Below, piece after piece: positions 37,401-47,917 of a stretch of 64,000 bases of DNA. The DNA lies in the NCBI GenBank assembly GCA_963744995.1, contig CAVUWA010000005.1, positions 1 through 64,000 of the forward strand, in the 5' to 3' direction. Position 1 is the stretch's first letter. Each line of letters opens with the position of its first letter. A program made the translations under genes and the position numbers. This stretch comes from Candidatus Eiseniibacteriota bacterium. Lineage in GTDB: Bacteria; Eisenbacteria; RBG-16-71-46. Under the pieces are notes generated by a model, which was given only the letters and a program-made list of their open reading frames with translations, was not told the origin of the DNA and did not search any database.

Positions 37401-39185
37401 CGTCATCTGGGTCCAGCGATGGACGCCGTCGTAGTTCGCGAACCCGACGAAGGGCAGCTTCTGCCGCGCCTGCAGCTCACCGACCGCGGTGACGCTGTCT
37501 TCGTACAGGAGCCGGAAGTACTCCTTCTGGTAGGAGCGGCCGGCCGTCGGGAAGTCGAAGCGGGTCGAGCCCACGTTGGTGACCGAGCCACCGTTCTTTG
37601 CGTTGAGGAAGTCCTCGCCGATACAGGGGAAGTCGATGGCGTTCGAGGTGCAGTTGATGGCGTACACATTGCTGATGCGGTTGCCGTTGCTGAGCGCCGC
37701 CACGTCCGCGCTGGTGATGTTCCCGTCACCACACGACATGACGTTACGGAAACCGTGGCCGACGTGTACCGCGACGTTGTAGCCGCGGTTGAGCGAATCG
37801 AGCACGGTCTGATGCGTTTCCTGCAGCGCGCCCGGTTCCCAGCGTGAATCGAGGTAGTTCTCGTAGAGACGGGCGAAGTGGATGGACGGATTGGTCTCGA
37901 GCGACGGCAGCACCTCCTCGACCAGCTCGGCGCCGTCGAGCGATGTCGCGAGGTTCGGATTCCAGTTCTGCGGGAACAGCACCTCGGCGAAGAACAGCAC
38001 CTGATTCTGATAGTCCATCGCCGGATTGCGCACGTAGTCGATCGAGCGGTCGACGAAGTGCTGCGCATCTGCAAGCGTGATCGATGGCGCGCGGCCGACA
38101 TAGACCTCGGGGTAGAGGTCGACCGAGTCACCCGGGCTGGAGGTCGACATGTAGCCTTCCCCGTAGATGCTGTCGGCGTCCGCGTTCCAGTTGCCGTCGA
38201 GACAGGAGAAGTAGGTGTCGCAGGCGATGCTCTCGCCGCCGTAGAACGTGGTCCAGACGTACCGCGTCGGCACGACCTGGGTGTCGCCGCCGAGCAGCAC
38301 CCATTGCGTTCCCCAGCGCGAGTACGCGTCGCGGATGAACATGCGGACACGCTCGGCATCGTCGGCGCCGTAGGGATACTCGTCGCGGATGAACGACATC
38401 GTGCGCACCACGGCGGGAATGCCGGTCTGGGTCTTCCAGTCGGCGAGCCGCTGGAATTCGGGAGCCATCTCCTCGCTGGTGATGATCACGTACTCGACCG
38501 GACTGCCGAGCAGGGACGGCACCTGGGTCGGCACGAACGGGCCCGCGCTGCGCGGCGCCCCGGCGACGGTCGCGCCGGCCGCATCCGCATTCGCCCCGCG
38601 CCCGGGCGCCGCCCACGGCACAGCGCGCTCGCGGCGCAACGGCTGCTCCGTCGTCGGTTCGAGGGTGATGCGCACGTGCGCCCGCGTGACCGCTTCCAGC
38701 GCGCCGGTGCGTGGATTCCAGCGCGCCGGCGCGACGCGCAGCTGAGCGACGCCGCGTCCCGCCTCGAAACCCTGCGCGCCGAATTCGACCGGGGACTCCG
38801 GCAGGAATACGCCGCGTGCGTAAAGGGCCCGATCGGGCGCCGCGCGGTCGATCGGGCCCAGGCCGGGTTTCGGCACGATGGCGCCGAGGATCTGCACGCC
38901 GCTCCTGAGCGGCACCGTCTCGACGGCGGTGACCTGGATCCCGGCCACCTTCATGCCGTCAGGGAGATCGATGGTCCGCGTGATCCAGGGCAGGTCGGGC
39001 AGGCCGGCGCGGAACTCGCGCGAGGCGCCCGGCAGCCTGACTTCGGAGATTCCGCCGTCCTCGACGACCTGGAGCGCGTGCGGATCGAGGCGCACGTCCT
39101 GCTCCATGACCTGGCCGGCGAGTGTCGTGGTGGGAATCAGGAGCAGCAGGGCCGCGCATGCCGCGGCCGGGCGGAAAGGCATCAT
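34462..39185 (-). CDS. Secreted C25 (gingipain-like) peptidase with propeptide, Ig-like, FN3, FG-GAP and C-terminal FlgD-Ig/T9SS-like domains; two apparent +1 frameshifts (about 37296 and 36458)
   Basis: Signal peptide, YVIIT, LADWK, VLLGGD, EVYVGR, HVGHG and AINCTS (His/Cys dyad), LLGDPEL; removing one base at each break gives DFAVHVEV and GARLELRV; IADLDG repeats; PNP..FDLNGR..WD..AGVYFVR. Confidence 0.85.
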
Positions 39186-39366
39186 CGATTGGAGTCCCCG
39201 TGGTGTTACGTCGCGAAGTCGGGCGGATGGATGCAGATGTCGGGCAATAGCGGCCGTACAGGACGGGCGGGCCGGGTCGTTTCCGGACCGGGACGAGGGC
39301 AGGTCGACCCCGATCGAAGGACCTTCCTCCATAACGATAGGGAACCCTCGGGGACCGGTCAACGCC

Positions 39367-40920
39367 TCAGGGCACGGATCGGGCGGATGCGGCGTCGAAT
39401 GTGAATTCGGGCCCGAAATGCGGGTGAAATGGCACGACCGGCCCGTCGTCGCGCCGGACCCACGACCAGCCCGGCGCCGCCAGCGGCAGGATCACCGAAT
39501 CCCCTTCGATCATCTGCTGGGCGGCTTCGAGATCCACCCGGCCGGGGGCCGACTCGAGCCACGGCTGGAACGCGCGGGTTCGCCAGCCGCTGCGGTAGCG
39601 CCCGACCGGGGCGTCCCGGGCCGGGGTGGCCATCATGGCCAGATCGGCGGCGGGGTCGTCGATCAGCGCCCGCGAGGTGAGCAGCAGAATCTGGGCGCGG
39701 CCCCGCAGGCGCTCCTCGCTCATCCGCGCGCCGCGCAGCGGCCTGAGGTCCACGGAGAGATCCGCCCGCGCCCACTGCGCCTGCAGCCGCCTGGCCACCC
39801 GCTGGTCCACCTCGCCCGGATCCCAGGCGATGACGGTATGGAAGGAACGCCCGAGCCCCCCGCGGGCGAGCCACGCCAGGCGCTCCTCCTCGTCGAGCCG
39901 GGGGAAGGCGAACGCCGGGGCGCCGGGCCAGAACGCGCGGAACGGCGCCACGCCGTCGCCGAAGAGCCGCATGAGCCCGCTGCGGTTCAGCGAATGGGCC
40001 AGCACCTTGCGCGCGGCCAGCTTCGCCGTCGGCGCCACGTCCGCACGGAAGACGAGCTCGAGCCGCCGCGGCGGCCGCACGGCTTCCGGTGCGCGGGACT
40101 CCCAGTGGTAGCCGTCGAGCTGATCCTCGTGCAGGGGATCGGCGAGCGGCAGCGGCCAGGCCAGGTCGATGGCGCCGCGGCGCAGGGTGGTGCGCACGCG
40201 TGCGCCGCTCGCGAAGCGGACGCGCAGGGTGTCGAAGGCCGCGCGCACGGCCAGCGGTCCCGGATCGCGCGGCACCAGCGTGAGCGCACGGCCGGCCGGA
40301 CCGGACGACACCCGGTAGGGGCCGATCCCGTACTGTGCCTCCCAGCCATCCCCCGCGCCGATGTGCCATGGGGTCGAAACACCCGGCAGGGCGAGCGCCG
40401 CGGGCAGCAGCGGGTCGGGCCGGGCGAGGCGGAAGACCAGCGTCGAGTCGTCGGGCGTATCGATACCGAGCGCGGGCAGCGCCCGTCCCGGTCGGATCGC
40501 CTCGACGCCCCGAACCGCGCGCAACAGCCAGCGGACGCTGGAGTGATCGCGCCGCGCGAGACCGGCGAGCAGCGCGTCCTTCACGTCGCCGCTCCGCAAC
40601 GTGTCGCCGTTCCCGAAGGTGAACCCGGCGCGCAGCGTGAAGGTCCACGTGCGGCCGTCGGCGCTGGACGTCATCGTGCGCGCCAGCGCAGGCACGATGC
40701 GCCCGGTGGAGTCCTCGTCCGTGAGCCCGCGCCCCAGCAGCCGCTCGAGCACCCAGCGCAGCTCGTCCGGCGGGCCGCCCGGATCCGGCACCGGCGCGGG
40801 GCGTGCGACGAGCCAGCGTTCGACCCGGGGCTGCGGCGCCGGGGACGCGCAGGAGGCGAGCGCGGCGGCCAGCAGGGCCGCGCCGACGAGGGCGGCGGAT
40901 GTGCGGAGCGGGGAACGCAT
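39367..40920 (-). CDS. Family 5 ABC solute-binding lipoprotein (divergent)
   Basis: Lipobox LASC, PALA...S.DGRTWTFTLR.G.TF.NG, GIGPY. Confidence 0.8.
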   Translation of the reverse strand: MRSPLRTSAALVGAALLAAALASCASPAPQPRVERWLVARPAPVPDPGGPPDELRWVLERLLGRGLTDEDSTGRIVPALARTMTSSADGRTWTFTLRAGFTFGNGDTLRSGDVKDALLAGLARRDHSSVRWLLRAVRGVEAIRPGRALPALGIDTPDDSTLVFRLARPDPLLPAALALPGVSTPWHIGAGDGWEAQYGIGPYRVSSGPAGRALTLVPRDPGPLAVRAAFDTLRVRFASGARVRTTLRRGAIDLAWPLPLADPLHEDQLDGYHWESRAPEAVRPPRRLELVFRADVAPTAKLAARKVLAHSLNRSGLMRLFGDGVAPFRAFWPGAPAFAFPRLDEEERLAWLARGGLGRSFHTVIAWDPGEVDQRVARRLQAQWARADLSVDLRPLRGARMSEERLRGRAQILLLTSRALIDDPAADLAMMATPARDAPVGRYRSGWRTRAFQPWLESAPGRVDLEAAQQMIEGDSVILPLAAPGWSWVRRDDGPVVPFHPHFGPEFTFDAASARSVP

Positions 40921-41043
40921 CGAGGCACGCAGTCTAGCCCCGGTCGTCACCGCGCCGCGAGCCGGAAACGTGAAAGCACGCCGCGCCGCGCCGCGGCCCG
41001 CCCCGCGCTTGCAGTGCATGGGCGCCTCTACTAGCGTGCCGGC

Positions 41044-42141
41044 ATGCCTTCCAAACGTCCGCACGAACGGATCGAACGCGCGCGGCGCGCGATCGCGGCG
41101 GCCGGCGCCGACTGGCTGCTGCTCGCGGCGGGCGCGGACTTCCGCTGGCTCACCGGCGCCGAAGCGCGCTCGACCGAGCGGCTGCTGGCGCTCGCGATCC
41201 CGGCCAGGGGCCGGCCGTTCTGCCTCGTCCCGCGCCTCGAATCCGACGCGCTCGCCGCCGAGTGCCCGTGGCTCGATCTGGAGATCTGGAGCGATCACGA
41301 GGACCCGTTCGCCGCACTCGCCGGGCGCATGGCGCTGCTCCACGGGCCGTCGCTGCTCGTCGGCGAGGGCTTCCGCACCGCTCCGCTGCTGCGTTTCGCC
41401 GCACACGGACGCTGCCGCCCGGCGCAGCCGGTCATCGCCCCGCTGCGCGCGACCAAGGACGCCTTCGAGATCGGGCTGATGGAAGAGGCCGGCCGCAACG
41501 CGGACCGGATCATGGAGCAGACCGCGGACTTCATCCGCCCCGGCATGACCGAAAAGGAGGTCGAAGCGTTCGTGCTCGACCGCTTCCGCTCGCTCGGCGA
41601 CACCGAGCCGTGGGCGATCATCGCCTCGGGGCCGAACTCGGCGCTCCCCCACCACGCCTCGTCTGGACGCCAGCTCGCCGACGGCGAAGTCGTCCTGCTG
41701 GACCTCGGCGCCTACACCGGCGGATACGGCTCGGACATGACGCGCACCTTCGTGCTCGGCCCGCCGCCCGCGGATTTCCAGCGCGTCTACGACATCGTGA
41801 ATGAGGCGCGCGCGGCGGGAATCGCCGCCTCGCGCGCAGGCGTGAGCGCCGAGTCGGTGGATCGCGCGACCCGTGCCGTGATCGTGGCGGCAGGGTACGG
41901 CGAGTGCTTCACGCATCGCACCGGTCACGGCGTCGGGCTCGAGGTCCACGAGCCGCCCTACATCGTGGAAGGCAATGCGGTGCCGCTCGAATACGGTCAC
42001 GTCCACAGCGTGGAGCCCGGCATCTATCTGCCCGGACGCTTCGGCGTGCGCCTCGAGGATCTGGTCGTCGTCGAGGACCGCGGCGCGCGGCGCCTGAACC
42101 ACGCGCCGTTCGATCCGCTGCCCCCCAGGCTCAGGCGTTGA
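41044..42141 (+). CDS. M24 Xaa-Pro peptidase
   Basis: ASGPNSALPHH, LDLG..GYGSDMTRT, HRTGHGVGLEVHE, EPGIY, GVRLED. Confidence 0.95.
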   Translation: MPSKRPHERIERARRAIAAAGADWLLLAAGADFRWLTGAEARSTERLLALAIPARGRPFCLVPRLESDALAAECPWLDLEIWSDHEDPFAALAGRMALLHGPSLLVGEGFRTAPLLRFAAHGRCRPAQPVIAPLRATKDAFEIGLMEEAGRNADRIMEQTADFIRPGMTEKEVEAFVLDRFRSLGDTEPWAIIASGPNSALPHHASSGRQLADGEVVLLDLGAYTGGYGSDMTRTFVLGPPPADFQRVYDIVNEARAAGIAASRAGVSAESVDRATRAVIVAAGYGECFTHRTGHGVGLEVHEPPYIVEGNAVPLEYGHVHSVEPGIYLPGRFGVRLEDLVVVEDRGARRLNHAPFDPLPPRLRR

Positions 42142-45100
42142 AGTCGCGGTCCCGCGTGCCCGCCGCCGCGCGCGGCGACCAGCAGCCGCTGGCCCTCGAT
42201 CCGCCGGCGGTGCCGGCGCCGCCGGCCGCCGGCGAACGGAAACCGCTCCCCGTCGCGGCCGCGGCGCAATCGGCCCGGCCACCGCGTCCCCGCCGCGCGG
42301 GTCCGGGCGCCCGGGACGCCGCGGGCGAGACGATCCTCGATGGACTCAACGACGAGCAGCGCGCGGCGGTCACCCATACCGGCAGCCCGCTGCTGATCGT
42401 CGCCGGCGCAGGCACCGGCAAGACGCAGGTGATCACGCGCCGCATCGCGTGGCTGATCGCGACCAAGCGCGCGCGGCCCGACGAGATCCTCGCGCTCACC
42501 TACACCGAGAAGGCGGCGGCCGAAATGGAGGCGCGCGTGGACGTGCTCGTGCCCTACGGTTACGTGGGCGCAACCATCTCCACATTTCACGCGTTCTGCG
42601 ACCGGCTGGTGCGCGAGCACGCGGTCGAGCTCGGCCTCACTTCCCGCCTGCGCGTGGACACGCCCGCCGAGATCCTGGTGTTCCTGCGCGAGCGGCTGTT
42701 CGAGCTGGGACTCGAGCGTTACCTGCCGCTCGGCCGTCCCGACGAGCATTTGAAATCGCTGCTCGGCCTGTTCGATCACGCCCGGGACGAGGACGTCCCG
42801 CCCGCCGCGTACGCTGCCTTCGCGGCGCAGCTCATGGCGGATGCCGGCGACGATCCGGTGAAGCTCGATCGCGCGCACGCCGAGATGGAGAAGGCGAGCG
42901 TCTACGCGAAGTTTCAGGAACTGCTCGCCGCGCACGGCCGGCTGGACTTCGGCTCGCAGATCGCGCTGTCGCTCCGGCTGCTGCGCGAGCGCGACTACCT
43001 GAGGCGCGAGTACCAGGAGCGCTACAGGTTCATTCTCGTCGACGAGTTCCAGGACACCAACCACGTGCAGTTCGAGCTGGTGCGCCTGCTGGCCGGACGC
43101 GGTCATGGCGTCACCGTGGTCGGCGACGACGACCAGAGCATCTACCGCTTCCGCGGCGCGAAGCTCGAGAACCTGATGGGCTTCGTCGAGGCATTCGACG
43201 GCACCGAGGTGCGCGTGCTCAAGCGCAATTACCGCTCGCGCCAGCAGATTCTCGACCTCGCGTACCGGCTGATCCACGAGAACGATCCGCACCGCCTCGA
43301 GGCGGCGCTGGGCTTCGACAAGCGGCTGACCGCCGACCGCGCGGGCGAGGCCGAGGTCGAGCACCGGCATTTCGCCGCCGCGAGCGACGAGGCCGAGACG
43401 ATCGCCGACGAAATCGCCGAGTCGATCCGCTCCGGTGCGCACCGTCCATACGACTTCGCCGTGCTCGCACGCGCCCACTACATGCTCGACGGTCTCGCGC
43501 AGGCGCTGTTCCAGCGCGGCGTGCGATTCCGCCGCGTCGGCCAGCGCGGCCTCTACGCGCGCGACGAGATCCAGCTCTGCCTGAACGTGCTGCGCATGCT
43601 GGCGGATCCGGAAGACCCGACCGCGGCGCATCTGGTGCTCGGCCACCGGCTGTTCGGTGCCGATCCGGTGGACGTGGCGCGGCTGGGCGCCGCCGCCCGG
43701 CGCCGCAACCGCGACGTGCTGAAGGTCGCCGCGGCCGCGCTGGATGACGATCGGGAGGACCTCACCCCCCGGACCCGCGAGGCGATCGCGCGCGTCCTGG
43801 ATCTCCACCGGCGCCTCGCGAAGACCGCGCTGTCGCGGCCGACCACCGAGGTGCTGTACGAGTTCGTCACCGAGAGCGGGCTGCTCGGCGGGCTCACCGG
43901 GCGCGAGGACGCCGAAGCGCTCGAGAGCGTGCAGAACCTGAACAAGCTGTTCGGCATCGTGTCGCGCGTGGGCCCGCTGCTCAGGGCCGACCGGGTCGGC
44001 CATTTCATCCGCCACCTCGACCTGCTGATCGACATGGGCGACGATCCGGCTGCGGCCGAGATCGAGGGGGACGACGACGCGGTGAGCCTGCTCACCGCGC
44101 ACAACGCGAAGGGACTGGAGTTTCCGGTCGTCTACATGGTGCAGCTCGTCGAAGGCCGCTTCCCGCAGTACGGCCGCGGCGACCCGATGCCGTTCCCACC
44201 CGAGCTCAGGAAGGGCGAGCCCGACGACCGGGAGGCGCGTTACCGCGAGGAGCGCCGGCTGTTCTATGTCGGCATGACCCGCGCGCGCGACCGCCTGGTG
44301 CTGAGTCACGCCGACGACTACGGCGGCATGCGGGCCTCGAAGATGAGCCGGTTCGTCGCCGAGGCGCTGTTGCTGGCCGCGCCGCCGCGCGGTCCGCGCG
44401 CGGCGTCCGCGCTCGAGTCCATCGCCCGCCACGCCCCGCCGGTCGTGCCGGATCCGGTGGCGCCGGCGCCGCTCGCGGACGACCATCCGCTCACGCTGTC
44501 GCACAGCCAGATCGACGACTACCTCACCTGCCCGCTCAAGTACCGTTACGCGAACGTGGCCAACGTGCCGCTCGCGACCGACCCGCGCGCGATGTACGGC
44601 ATCGCGATCCACCACGCGCTGCGCATCTACCAGCAGCACCGCCTGAAGGGTCTGCCGATCACCGCGGACGACGTGGTGGCCGCCTTCGAGGGCGCATGGT
44701 CCAGCGAGGGCTTCTATTCGCGCGAGCACGAGGAGCGGCGGCTCGAAGAAGGCCGCGAGGCACTCAGGCGCTTCGTCACGCGCGCCGCGCGCGAGCCGGT
44801 GCCGCTCGCCGTCGAGCGCACGTTCAAGTTCAAGATCGGCCCGACCACGGTGCAGGGCCGCTGGGACCGCGTGGACGAGCGTGAAGAGGGCATCGTGCTG
44901 GTCGATTACAAGACCGCCGAGATGGACGAGCCCGCCGAGGCCGGGAAGCGGGCACAGGAGGACGTGAAGAAGGGTCAGCTCGGCCTGTACGCGCTCGCCT
45001 ATCGCGAGATGTACGGGGTCGCCCCGGCCGCCGCAGAGCTCCACTTCGTCGGCCCGGGCACCGTCGGCCGCGCCGAGGTCAAATCGGAGCACCTGGAAGC

Positions 45101-45236
45101 CGCGGCCGATCGCGTGTTCGCGGCGGCCCGCGGGATCCGCGCCGCCGCGTTTCCCCCGAAGCCGTCGCCGCGCGACTGCGTGTTCTGCCCGTACTCGCGC
45201 TTCTGCCCGCACAGCGCAGCAAGGAGCCGCGGTTGA
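42138..45236 (+). CDS. UvrD/PcrA-type helicase with C-terminal Fe-S PD-(D/E)XK nuclease (AdnA/B-, AddA-like)
   Basis: TTG overlapping the upstream stop; AGAGTGKT, DEFQD, VGDDDQSIY.FRGA, KGLEF, EERRLFYVGMTRA; TCP..GRWDRVD..VDYKT..QL.LYA..CVFCPYSRFC. Confidence 0.92.
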   Translation: MKSRSRVPAAARGDQQPLALDPPAVPAPPAAGERKPLPVAAAAQSARPPRPRRAGPGARDAAGETILDGLNDEQRAAVTHTGSPLLIVAGAGTGKTQVITRRIAWLIATKRARPDEILALTYTEKAAAEMEARVDVLVPYGYVGATISTFHAFCDRLVREHAVELGLTSRLRVDTPAEILVFLRERLFELGLERYLPLGRPDEHLKSLLGLFDHARDEDVPPAAYAAFAAQLMADAGDDPVKLDRAHAEMEKASVYAKFQELLAAHGRLDFGSQIALSLRLLRERDYLRREYQERYRFILVDEFQDTNHVQFELVRLLAGRGHGVTVVGDDDQSIYRFRGAKLENLMGFVEAFDGTEVRVLKRNYRSRQQILDLAYRLIHENDPHRLEAALGFDKRLTADRAGEAEVEHRHFAAASDEAETIADEIAESIRSGAHRPYDFAVLARAHYMLDGLAQALFQRGVRFRRVGQRGLYARDEIQLCLNVLRMLADPEDPTAAHLVLGHRLFGADPVDVARLGAAARRRNRDVLKVAAAALDDDREDLTPRTREAIARVLDLHRRLAKTALSRPTTEVLYEFVTESGLLGGLTGREDAEALESVQNLNKLFGIVSRVGPLLRADRVGHFIRHLDLLIDMGDDPAAAEIEGDDDAVSLLTAHNAKGLEFPVVYMVQLVEGRFPQYGRGDPMPFPPELRKGEPDDREARYREERRLFYVGMTRARDRLVLSHADDYGGMRASKMSRFVAEALLLAAPPRGPRAASALESIARHAPPVVPDPVAPAPLADDHPLTLSHSQIDDYLTCPLKYRYANVANVPLATDPRAMYGIAIHHALRIYQQHRLKGLPITADDVVAAFEGAWSSEGFYSREHEERRLEEGREALRRFVTRAAREPVPLAVERTFKFKIGPTTVQGRWDRVDEREEGIVLVDYKTAEMDEPAEAGKRAQEDVKKGQLGLYALAYREMYGVAPAAAELHFVGPGTVGRAEVKSEHLEAAADRVFAAARGIRAAAFPPKPSPRDCVFCPYSRFCPHSAARSRG

Positions 45237-46021
45237 GCGGCGACCCGCGTGCGCTGCGCGACGCGGCGATGGAGATCGCGCGCACGGCGGGCGCGATCCT
45301 GCTCGAAGGCTATGGCAGGGCCCACACGCCCGAGCGCAAGGGGCGCATCGATCTGGTCACCGAATACGACCGGCGCTCGGAGGCCCTGGTGCTCGGCGAG
45401 ATCGCCCGTCGGTTCCCCGGACATGCCGTGCTCGCCGAAGAATCCGGCGCGCACGCGGGCTCCGGCACGCGCTGGATCGTCGATCCGCTGGACGGCACCA
45501 CCAATTTCGCGCACAACTATCCGTTCTTCGGCGTCTCGATCGCGGTCGAGATCGAGGGCACAGTCGTCGCCGGAGCGGTCTACGACCCCGTGCGCGACGA
45601 GATGTTCGCCGCGGCGCTGGGGGAAGGCGCCACCCGCAACGGCGAGGCGATCCGCGTGTCCGACATCGCGCGCGTCGAGGACGCCCTGATCGTCACCGGT
45701 TTCCCCTACGACGTGCGCGAACATCCCGAGCGCTCCGTACCGCTGTTCCAGGCGTTCCTGATGCGGGCGCAGGGCATCCGCCGCGACGGCTCGGCGGCTT
45801 TGAATCTCGCCTATCTCGCCTGCGGGCGCTTCGACGGATTCTGGGAGCGGAGCCTCTCGGCCTGGGACATGGCCGCCGGCACGCTGCTGGTGCGTGAAGC
45901 GGGCGGAACCGTGACGCGCTTCGACGGCAGCGACTTCCGGGTGGACGGCCGCGAGATCCTCGCAAGCAACGCCGCGCTGCACGGGGAAATGCAGGAGATT
46001 CTCGCGGGCACGCGCTCGTAG
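45233..46021 (+). CDS. suhB: Inositol monophosphatase
   Basis: DLVTEYD, EE, WIVDPLDGTTNF, GSAAL, WDMAAG. Confidence 0.95.
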   Translation: MSGDPRALRDAAMEIARTAGAILLEGYGRAHTPERKGRIDLVTEYDRRSEALVLGEIARRFPGHAVLAEESGAHAGSGTRWIVDPLDGTTNFAHNYPFFGVSIAVEIEGTVVAGAVYDPVRDEMFAAALGEGATRNGEAIRVSDIARVEDALIVTGFPYDVREHPERSVPLFQAFLMRAQGIRRDGSAALNLAYLACGRFDGFWERSLSAWDMAAGTLLVREAGGTVTRFDGSDFRVDGREILASNAALHGEMQEILAGTRS

Positions 46022-46177
46022 CCGCGTCGGCCCCGACGCGCGGGAGTCCTCAGAGCGCCGTGCGCAAATGCGCTGGCATTCCACGCGTAACCTCCTTCGC
46101 GACCCAATTGGGGCGGGCCCATGATCTGTCTGCGCTGCAGCCGACCTCGCTCCCGAGGCAGCCAACGCCTCGCCGTC

Positions 46178-46559
46178 ATGACGGCAGTCGTTGCGCTCTG
46201 CTGGAACTCAACGGCGCAGGCGGTCCCTCCAGGACGCGCGTGGGCGCCGACCGAAACCTTCCGCATTCCTGGCCACATGTGGACGGAGCCGGATCTGATC
46301 GCGCTCGACGACTCCGAGGCTCCGTACATCGTGGCGGCAGGCCTCGATCGCGTTCACGCTCCCCTCGAACAACGCGGCCACACTGGAGGTGATGGACATC
46401 TCCGGCCGGCGCCTGGAACGTTTCGATGTCGGTCACCTGGGACCGGGGCGGCATGTGGTCCAGCTGGGCGGGTTCGGACCTCTTCGACCGGGCGCATATC
46501 TGATTCGGCTCACGCGTCTCGGTGAGACTCTGACCGCTCGTGGAGTGCTCTTGCGCTGA
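46178..46559 (+). pseudogene. Internally deleted secreted protein: N-terminus joined out of frame to a FlgD-Ig/T9SS-like C-terminal domain
   Basis: MTAVVALCWNSTAQA..PYIVAAG, then in another frame ASIAFTLPSNNAATLEVMDISGRRL..PGRH..RPGAYLIRL..VLLR*. Confidence 0.7.
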
Positions 46560-46630
46560 GCACCCCCGTACCGCTCGCAAGGTCCAACGATCGCCATCCG
46601 CCACCGACCTCTTGTCGAATCCTTGCGGCG

Positions 46631-47917
46631 TCACGGAGGCGTTGGCGCAAGACACCTTGCCGGCGGTCGCAGGAAGGACAGCGCCGCTTTCACTCTTGCT
46701 TCGAGCGGTGCCCCCATCATCGGCGCGCAGTGTTCGCAAGCGCGCTGCGCGTCGGACCTGCGAAACCCGAGTCTCAGGAGCCAGGACGTGACGTCGTTCT
46801 CATCGTGCTCCGACGGCGCAGTCGTTTGCCGCCCCTTTTCGTTCCCCGCCTGCGCCGCAGGAGACGAAATCGAAGCCGCCGACATGTTCCTGCGGCTTTC
46901 CAGCCGCGCACGATCCCGCTTCGCTGCCATGAACCCCGCGCCGAACGCCCGCTCGGCCTCGTACTGATTGTGCGCGCGGCAGCGGAGCCGCAGGTTCGCG
47001 GCCGTCGATTTCCCCCCGCGCGCCACCGGCTCGATGTGATCGAACTCGAGCTTCCCGCGCGCCTCGCAGCGGCGGCCGGAGTCGGCGACGAACGTGCAGC
47101 GATCGCCGTCGCGCTCGCGCACTTCCCGCCTCACCGCCGCCGGAATGTGGCGGCCTTTGGCCGGGCCCTGCTGCTTCCGCGGCCGGTCGGTCGCGGCGAA
47201 GCGGCGCTTCTCGATTGCCGCGGCCATCGCCTCGAAGCCGCGCCGCAGGGCTTCGTTCATGTGCTCCGCCGTGACCTTGCGTCCCGCCAGCTGCTCGAAC
47301 GCCTGGATCGCCTCGTGCGTTCCCTGTCCCATCGTGAAACGCACCCCGTAGCGCTCCGGCGAAAGAGGCGCAATCCGCGGACGCGATGCGGCCGTTCCGT
47401 CCCCCTGGGGATGTGCCGGCGCCAGCCCGTTTACGTTCTCCGGGGAACGTGAACCCTCCGGGGCCGGCTCCAGGGGCGCCACCTCCATCACCACATCCGC
47501 CTTCGGGAACCGGTTCGCCAGGCATAGCTCGAGCGCGCGCTTCGAGCGGCCGGCCGCCGCGGCCAGCAGCTCGTCCGCGTTCTCCGGCTCGAGCTTCGGC
47601 GCCAGCAGGCACACCGCGCTCACCGACAGCCGGCCCCCGGCCAGCAGATCCCATATCGCCGGGAACTCGCGCGCGGTGCGCGCGGCCTGGATGCGCTTCG
47701 ATGCCCCGGCATCCGAGAGCCCGAGCCGGTTTGCGCAGAAGCGGAACATCGATGGGTACCCTTCGGGCACGTACAGCTTCCGGGCGTCGAACTCGGCGAG
47801 GTGGGCGAGCGCGAGGGCGGCGGCGCGGCGCTCGTTCGCGAGGGCGCCGATCATCTCGCGCCGCAGGGCGCCGTCGGTCAGGTGGGACAACTTCGAGAAG
47901 TGCATGTGCGCGTTCAT
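46631..47917 (-). CDS. DUF222-like/HNH endonuclease with RuvA-C-like tail
   Basis: LAHLAEFDARKLY..GYPSMF.FC...LGLS...A.KRI.AAR..R.FP; RHIPAAVRREV.ERDG.RC..RC..LEFDHI.P.A.GG....NLRLRCRAHN; LLRLGFRRSDA..LEARVKAAL. Confidence 0.85.
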   Translation of the reverse strand: MNAHMHFSKLSHLTDGALRREMIGALANERRAAALALAHLAEFDARKLYVPEGYPSMFRFCANRLGLSDAGASKRIQAARTAREFPAIWDLLAGGRLSVSAVCLLAPKLEPENADELLAAAAGRSKRALELCLANRFPKADVVMEVAPLEPAPEGSRSPENVNGLAPAHPQGDGTAASRPRIAPLSPERYGVRFTMGQGTHEAIQAFEQLAGRKVTAEHMNEALRRGFEAMAAAIEKRRFAATDRPRKQQGPAKGRHIPAAVRREVRERDGDRCTFVADSGRRCEARGKLEFDHIEPVARGGKSTAANLRLRCRAHNQYEAERAFGAGFMAAKRDRARLESRRNMSAASISSPAAQAGNEKGRQTTAPSEHDENDVTSWLLRLGFRRSDAQRACEHCAPMMGAPLEARVKAALSFLRPPARCLAPTPP

